Assembly: GCA_032718475.1 (NCBI GenBank)
Contig: JAUCBJ010000914.1
Coordinates: 1-40,023 of the forward strand
Origin: Nemertoderma westbladi
Taxonomy: Eukaryota; Animalia; Xenacoelomorpha
Reading direction: 5' to 3'
Length of the DNA stretch: 40,023 nucleotides
The position numbers and the translations under genes were made by a program. A model generated the notes under the pieces. It saw only the letters and a list, made by a program, of their open reading frames with translations. It searched no databases and was not told where the DNA came from. Below, piece by piece: positions 36,267-40,023 of the stretch. Position 1 is the stretch's first letter. Each line of letters begins with the position of its first letter.

Positions 36267-36501
36267 AATGCGAATTTGGTGAGTTTAAGTGCGCGGACGG
36301 GACTTGCATCGCGGACCAGTACTACTGCAACCACGAGTACGATTGTCCGGACAACTCGGATGAGGACGACTGCCACTTCGAGTTCGAGGAGGAGACGCAA
36401 TGCGACGTTAACGACCACTTCGAGTGCGCCAACGGACAGTGTGTCGCTAAGGGTGACTATTGTAACGGACAGTACGACTGCGGGGATCACTCGGATGAAG
36501 T
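36267..36501 (+). CDS. LDLa mosaic protein exon 9 (LDLa 8 and 9)
   Basis: gttgcag|AA...GT|gtaagt; CEFGEFKCADGTCI...DCPDNSDEDDC and FECANGQCV...DCGDHSDE. Confidence 0.93.
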
Positions 36502-36514
36502 GTAAGTCGCATTA

Positions 36515-36745
36515 AATAAATAAATTCATACGACATTGTTAGTCCAGAGATCACGCAGCAAGTGAGACATATTTCCAATGCGGTCCCCCGTGAACTTTAC
36601 TCCCCAGAGGAAACTCCAGTACTCATTTATAAGGATGCAAGGCAGAGATGCGGTCCTGCCTAGTCCCTTTAAAGCATTCGTGCCGAAACGAGAAACTATT
36701 CTGGCCCCCATGCGGGGATCGAACCCACGACTAAACATTGGATCC
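36515..36745 (-). mobile_element. tRNA-derived SINE (Nin-domain-like core) in intron 9
   Basis: Minus strand B-box GGGTTCGATCCCC, then GCCTTGCATCCT..AAATGAGTAC..GGGAGTAAAG and an (ATTT)n tail; A-box not clear. Confidence 0.65.
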
Positions 36746-36784
36746 AAGTTGTAATATACTTAGGGGTTTGTTTCTATTCCCCAG

Positions 36785-36959
36785 TGACTGCTACCCGTAC
36801 AACGACCTAGCGGCCGTCAACCACTACCACCACCATTACCATTGCGAGGAGGACGAATACGCTTGCGCTTCCGGGGATCAGTGCATTCCGGCCCATTACC
36901 ATTGCGACGAGTTTGTTGACTGCGAGGATTACAGTGACGAAGAGAACTGCCACATTAGG
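36785..36959 (+). CDS. LDLa mosaic protein exon 10 (HYHHHYH linker, LDLa 10)
   Basis: ttccccag|T...AGG|gtaagt; CEEDEYACASGDQCIPAHYHCDEFVDCEDYSDEENC. Confidence 0.93.
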
Positions 36960-36979
36960 GTAAGTTATATATCAAATTA

Positions 36980-37125
36980 GTTTATTGTTTTGGTTAGATT
37001 CACTACGTAATACCAGAGTTTATTGTTTTGGTTAGATTCACTACGTAATACCAGAGTTTATTGTTTTGGTTTGATTCACTACGTAATACCAGAGTTTATT
37101 GTTTTGGTTAGATTCACTACGTAAT
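36980..37125. repeat. 38-bp tandem repeat, about 3.8 copies, in intron 10
   Basis: (GTTTATTGTTTTGGTTAGATTCACTACGTAATACCAGA)n. Confidence 0.93.
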
Positions 37126-37173
37126 ATACGTATCTGATAATTCACTAACTTATTGTAAACGATATTATTTTAG

Positions 37174-37458
37174 GGTGCAGCCCCGGCACCCTCGTTGCCC
37201 GGATGCCACGACGACGAACACACCTGCGACAACGGCGACTGCATCCCCGAGGTCTACCTCTGCGACACGTACGTGGACTGCGCGGACGAGAGCGACGAAT
37301 CGCATTGCGAGTCTCAGCCGGAGGCCGGGCTCGGGGAGTTGGTCGGGGGTGCCGAGTTCGAACCCCAGGTGGAACCGTCCCTACACACCCAGCAGTACGC
37401 GCCCCAACCCGCGCCCCAACCCGCGCATTTCCACATTAACATTCACCAACATACTAAT
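37174..37458 (+). CDS. LDLa mosaic protein exon 11 (LDLa 11 and Pro/Gln/His linker)
   Basis: attttag|GGT...AAT|gtaagt; CHDDEHTCDNGDCIPEVYLCDTYVDCADESDESHC. Confidence 0.92.
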
Positions 37459-37479
37459 GTAAGTATCTGTTCAACATAT

Positions 37480-38105
37480 TTCAGTATTTTCAGTAGGACC
37501 ATGGACCACCTCGTAGAGTCCCTCGTTGTTAGTGAGCGAGGGGTCCACGGTCCCCATAATGGAGGCCGCATTGCCGACCAGGATGGCGATTGCCAGCCTT
37601 TGCGGGTCAGAGTAAAACGCAGATCCGGATCCGGATTCTACATTTAACATTGTCCCTACCCAAAAATAAAACTAACCTGTTCTATTGACTTTAGTTTATT
37701 GTTTTGGTTAAAATACCGTGCCACTGTAATCTGCTCCTTTCCCTAAATTGATATTTCGGAATGCGGATCCGGATCCGCGTTTTACACCTACCCAGCCTTT
37801 GCAGGAGGAAGCAGTGAGATCGGTCATCCTGGGTAACAAAGTGGAGTCTTGCCCCGATCTCCTTCAGGAACTCGGATGTTTCAAGGCCGGGGCGGCCCAA
37901 GGTCTCGTAGGCTACCGGATGGGAGAGGTAGCCCCGGTCCATGAGTTCCTGGTACTTGCGGATAGAGTTACCGCTTCCTCCTGCAGTGCGGCCTACGGCG
38001 GATAGCGTCTGGGCGAGGTGGCTGGGCGCCAGTGGGTCCGCCACCGTCGCGTCCCACGTGAGGAACCGCCCGCGGCTCCACGGGACCAGGGGGTGACGCC
38101 ATTTA
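37480..38105 (-). mobile_element. 5'-truncated CRE-clade-like non-LTR retrotransposon (C-terminal restriction-like endonuclease) in intron 11
   Basis: LVPWSRGRFLTWDATVADPLAPSHL...KYQEL...PVAYETLG...FLLQRL, then the insertion, then QRLAIAILVGNAASIMGT. Confidence 0.85.
37604..37793. mobile_element. 190-bp MITE with about 35-bp TIRs and 9-bp TSD (Mutator/MULE-like)
   Basis: TSD AGCCTTTGC at 37595-37603 and 37794-37802; TIRs GGGTCAGAGTAAAACGCAGATCCGGATCCG and CGGATCCGGATCCGCGTTTTACACCTACCC. Confidence 0.88.
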
Positions 38106-38222
38106 CTCGCTTACAATCCCCTCTACACAAGCCTAGTGGCTCAAGTGTAACAGGGACGCCGCAGCTGATAGCGCCCGGCGCACAATGTCGTTCAACTCGA
38201 GTAATTTGTTATTTTATTTTAG

Positions 38223-38862
38223 GCTGGCGCCCAGAACGGACAGAAACCGACATATTCAGCCGACTTGTATGAACCACTCCCCTACAAACCTTACCAGGAA
38301 ACCCAACCATACAACAACCAACCCTACTACGAACAAACCGCCTACAACCAAGGCGAGTCCCCATTGGGGCCGTCTAGAAACCCCTAACGAAGAACAGTAC
38401 ACCCCCGAAGCAGCCCCTAACAACCAGCAGTCCCAACCCCAAGCTCAGTATCAGCCAGCGCAGCCTCAGTTCAAACCCCAACAACCTCAACCTCAGTTCA
38501 AACCCCAGCCAGAACCCCAACCTCAGTACCAACCTCAACCTCAGTTCCAACCCCAACAACCTCAACCTCAGTACCAACCCCAACAACCTCAACCTCAGTT
38601 CAAACCCCAGCCAGAACCCCAAGCTCAGTACCAACCCCAAGCTCAGTACCAACCCCAAGCTCAGTACCAACCCCAAGCTCAGTACCAACCCCAGCCGGCT
38701 GAATACCCTGAACCACAACCATCGTCAAACACCCAGTACCAATCCGCGTACTACAACCCCAATGAGTACCAACCGGAACCTAGTCGCCATCACCTGCCGT
38801 ATCCGCAGCCACAAACCGGTTACAATATGCATCAACATTCAACCAACACCGCTAAAAACGTG
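38223..38862 (+). CDS. LDLa mosaic protein exon 12 (Tyr/Pro/Gln-rich; QPQYQP and QAQYQP repeats); frame changes at about 38353-38377
   Basis: tattttag|GCT...GTG|gtaagt. The entry frame (AGAQNGQKPTYS...YNQG) hits TAA near 38385 while the QP repeats lie in another frame; removing 38353-38377 (GC...AG) joins them. Confidence 0.75.
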
Positions 38863-39124
38863 GTAAGTTATTTTATTTTACACATTAATAATAATAATAA
38901 ATAATTTTATACTCCGAATTAAACTTATTAATTAATAAATAATATATAATATTCTCGAACACTTACCAATAACAAAAATTTAAACAAATGCAGTATCTTT
39001 AAAATTTCAAAAAATTCTAGCTAGTCTAGCTAGTAAATAACACTAGCTACCCCTAAAAAAATATCTCTAACTAATGTTCTAGAACATTCACCAATATCAA
39101 AAAAGCACTAAAAAGCTGCTATCA

Positions 39125-39357
39125 GGAACCGCAGTCCCGCACAATTCGGTCCCGGACAATTCGGTCCCGGACAATTCGGTCCCGGACAATTCGGTCCCGG
39201 ACAATTCGGTCCCGAACAATTCGGTCCCGGACAATTCGGTCCCGGACAATTCGGTCCCGGACAATTCGGTCCCGGACAATTCGGTCCCGCACAATTCGGT
39301 CACATTTATTTAGTGTTTTGGGGCCGAATTGTCCGGGACCGAATTGTCCTACATCCC
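39125..39357. repeat. 15-bp tandem array (CCCGGACAATTCGGT)n with two inverted copies; MITE-like, in the last intron
   Basis: About 11 direct copies at 39135-39300; inverted CCGAATTGTCC copies at 39324-39349; no clear TSD. Confidence 0.85.
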
Positions 39358-39552
39358 ACTATATCGCTCTTTATTTTAAGAATAAAATTACGTAAACGTC
39401 TTCCCCGAAACACTTTATTAAAAGCTAACGCTCGGCAAATAAAATTCCTCGATAATAGTGAAATAAAGTTCCACTTTTTCCCCCTAATTACTATAAATAA
39501 ATCTTATATAATAGAACAATATAATAATAGCATTATTATTATTCCATGATAG

Positions 39553-39723
39553 ATTCAGCAGAAGGTATTCTATGGTAATCTGCAGCCGTGCAGTGCTAGA
39601 GGCGCTACCGGTGTCTACCAATGTCCTGGAGTTACCGAGAGACACCAGTGCTGTTTCCCATGCGATGACGTAGTTGATTGCGCCGTAACTATGTACGACG
39701 AAGTTTACTGCAGGGATGCGTGA
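39553..39723 (+). CDS. LDLa mosaic protein terminal exon (degenerate LDLa module, stop)
   Basis: catgatag|ATT; IQQKVFYGNLQPCSARGATGVYQCPGVTERHQCCFPCDDVVDCAVTMYDEVYCRDA*; phase 0 matches the previous donor; AATAAA at 39838. Confidence 0.8.
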   Translation: MQQKVFYGNLQPCSARGATGVYQCPGVTERHQCCFPCDDVVDCAVTMYDEVYCRDA

Positions 39724-40023
39724 TTACGGATGACAATCAGATGACACTTCCGGTTGAAACACTAACTATAAATTAACTGGTTTAATTATTAATGTGCTAT
39801 TATTAGAAGTCACAAATAGATATTTATACAATTAATGAATAAATTAATAAATTTGTAACAAATCCATTTTAATACAACATCATATAACAGGCGGTAGTTT
39901 GCAATGCTGCCAGCCAAACAACTCATTTATTATTGTTTTGATTATAATAACAACTATAACGTGATTATTACATAAACATTGATAGTTCGTCGAGAAAGGA
40001 ATCACATCCCCCCCTCACATCCC

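Noticed and set aside
36700-36735. tRNA gene
   Set aside because: Only a T-arm/B-box is visible, followed by a SINE-like core and tail; no full cloverleaf.
39097-39303. ORF of TELSG repeats (also the YFYSR ORF at 28747-29010)
   Set aside because: Translation of 15-bp tandem repeats in MITE-like or intergenic DNA.
33134-39723. Calling the LDLa gene LRP, vitellogenin receptor or nudel
   Set aside because: No EGF, YWTD, protease or transmembrane segments found; no gene symbol assigned.

Overview
AT-rich animal (invertebrate-like) genomic DNA with spliceosomal introns; not prokaryotic and no CRISPR array. Three host genes are supported. (1) The last (TM4) exon of a Cys-loop ligand-gated ion channel on + (15732-15938). 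(2) A convergent FRS2/FRS3-like adaptor on - with a myristoylation-type N-terminus and IRS-type PTB domain, with four frame-consistent exons from 24578 to 16189. (3) A complete-looking secreted mosaic protein of about 1110 aa on + (33134-39723) with 11 LDL-receptor class A modules plus one degenerate module, interleaved with Gly-rich, His-rich and Pro/Gln/Tyr-rich blocks and no transmembrane segment; it needs a 25-nt GC-AG micro-intron or an indel to stay in frame. The rest is repeats: a 13.5-kb satellite of hairpin-forming 19/20/23/25-bp monomers with nested higher-order repeats, a 3.5-kb foldback built from a hAT BED-finger remnant and a 40-bp minisatellite, decayed LINEs, a CRE-like endonuclease fragment split by a MITE with a 9-bp TSD, two long-TIR DNA elements, several MITEs and a tRNA-derived SINE. 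All family assignments come from motifs recognised by eye; no database search was run.
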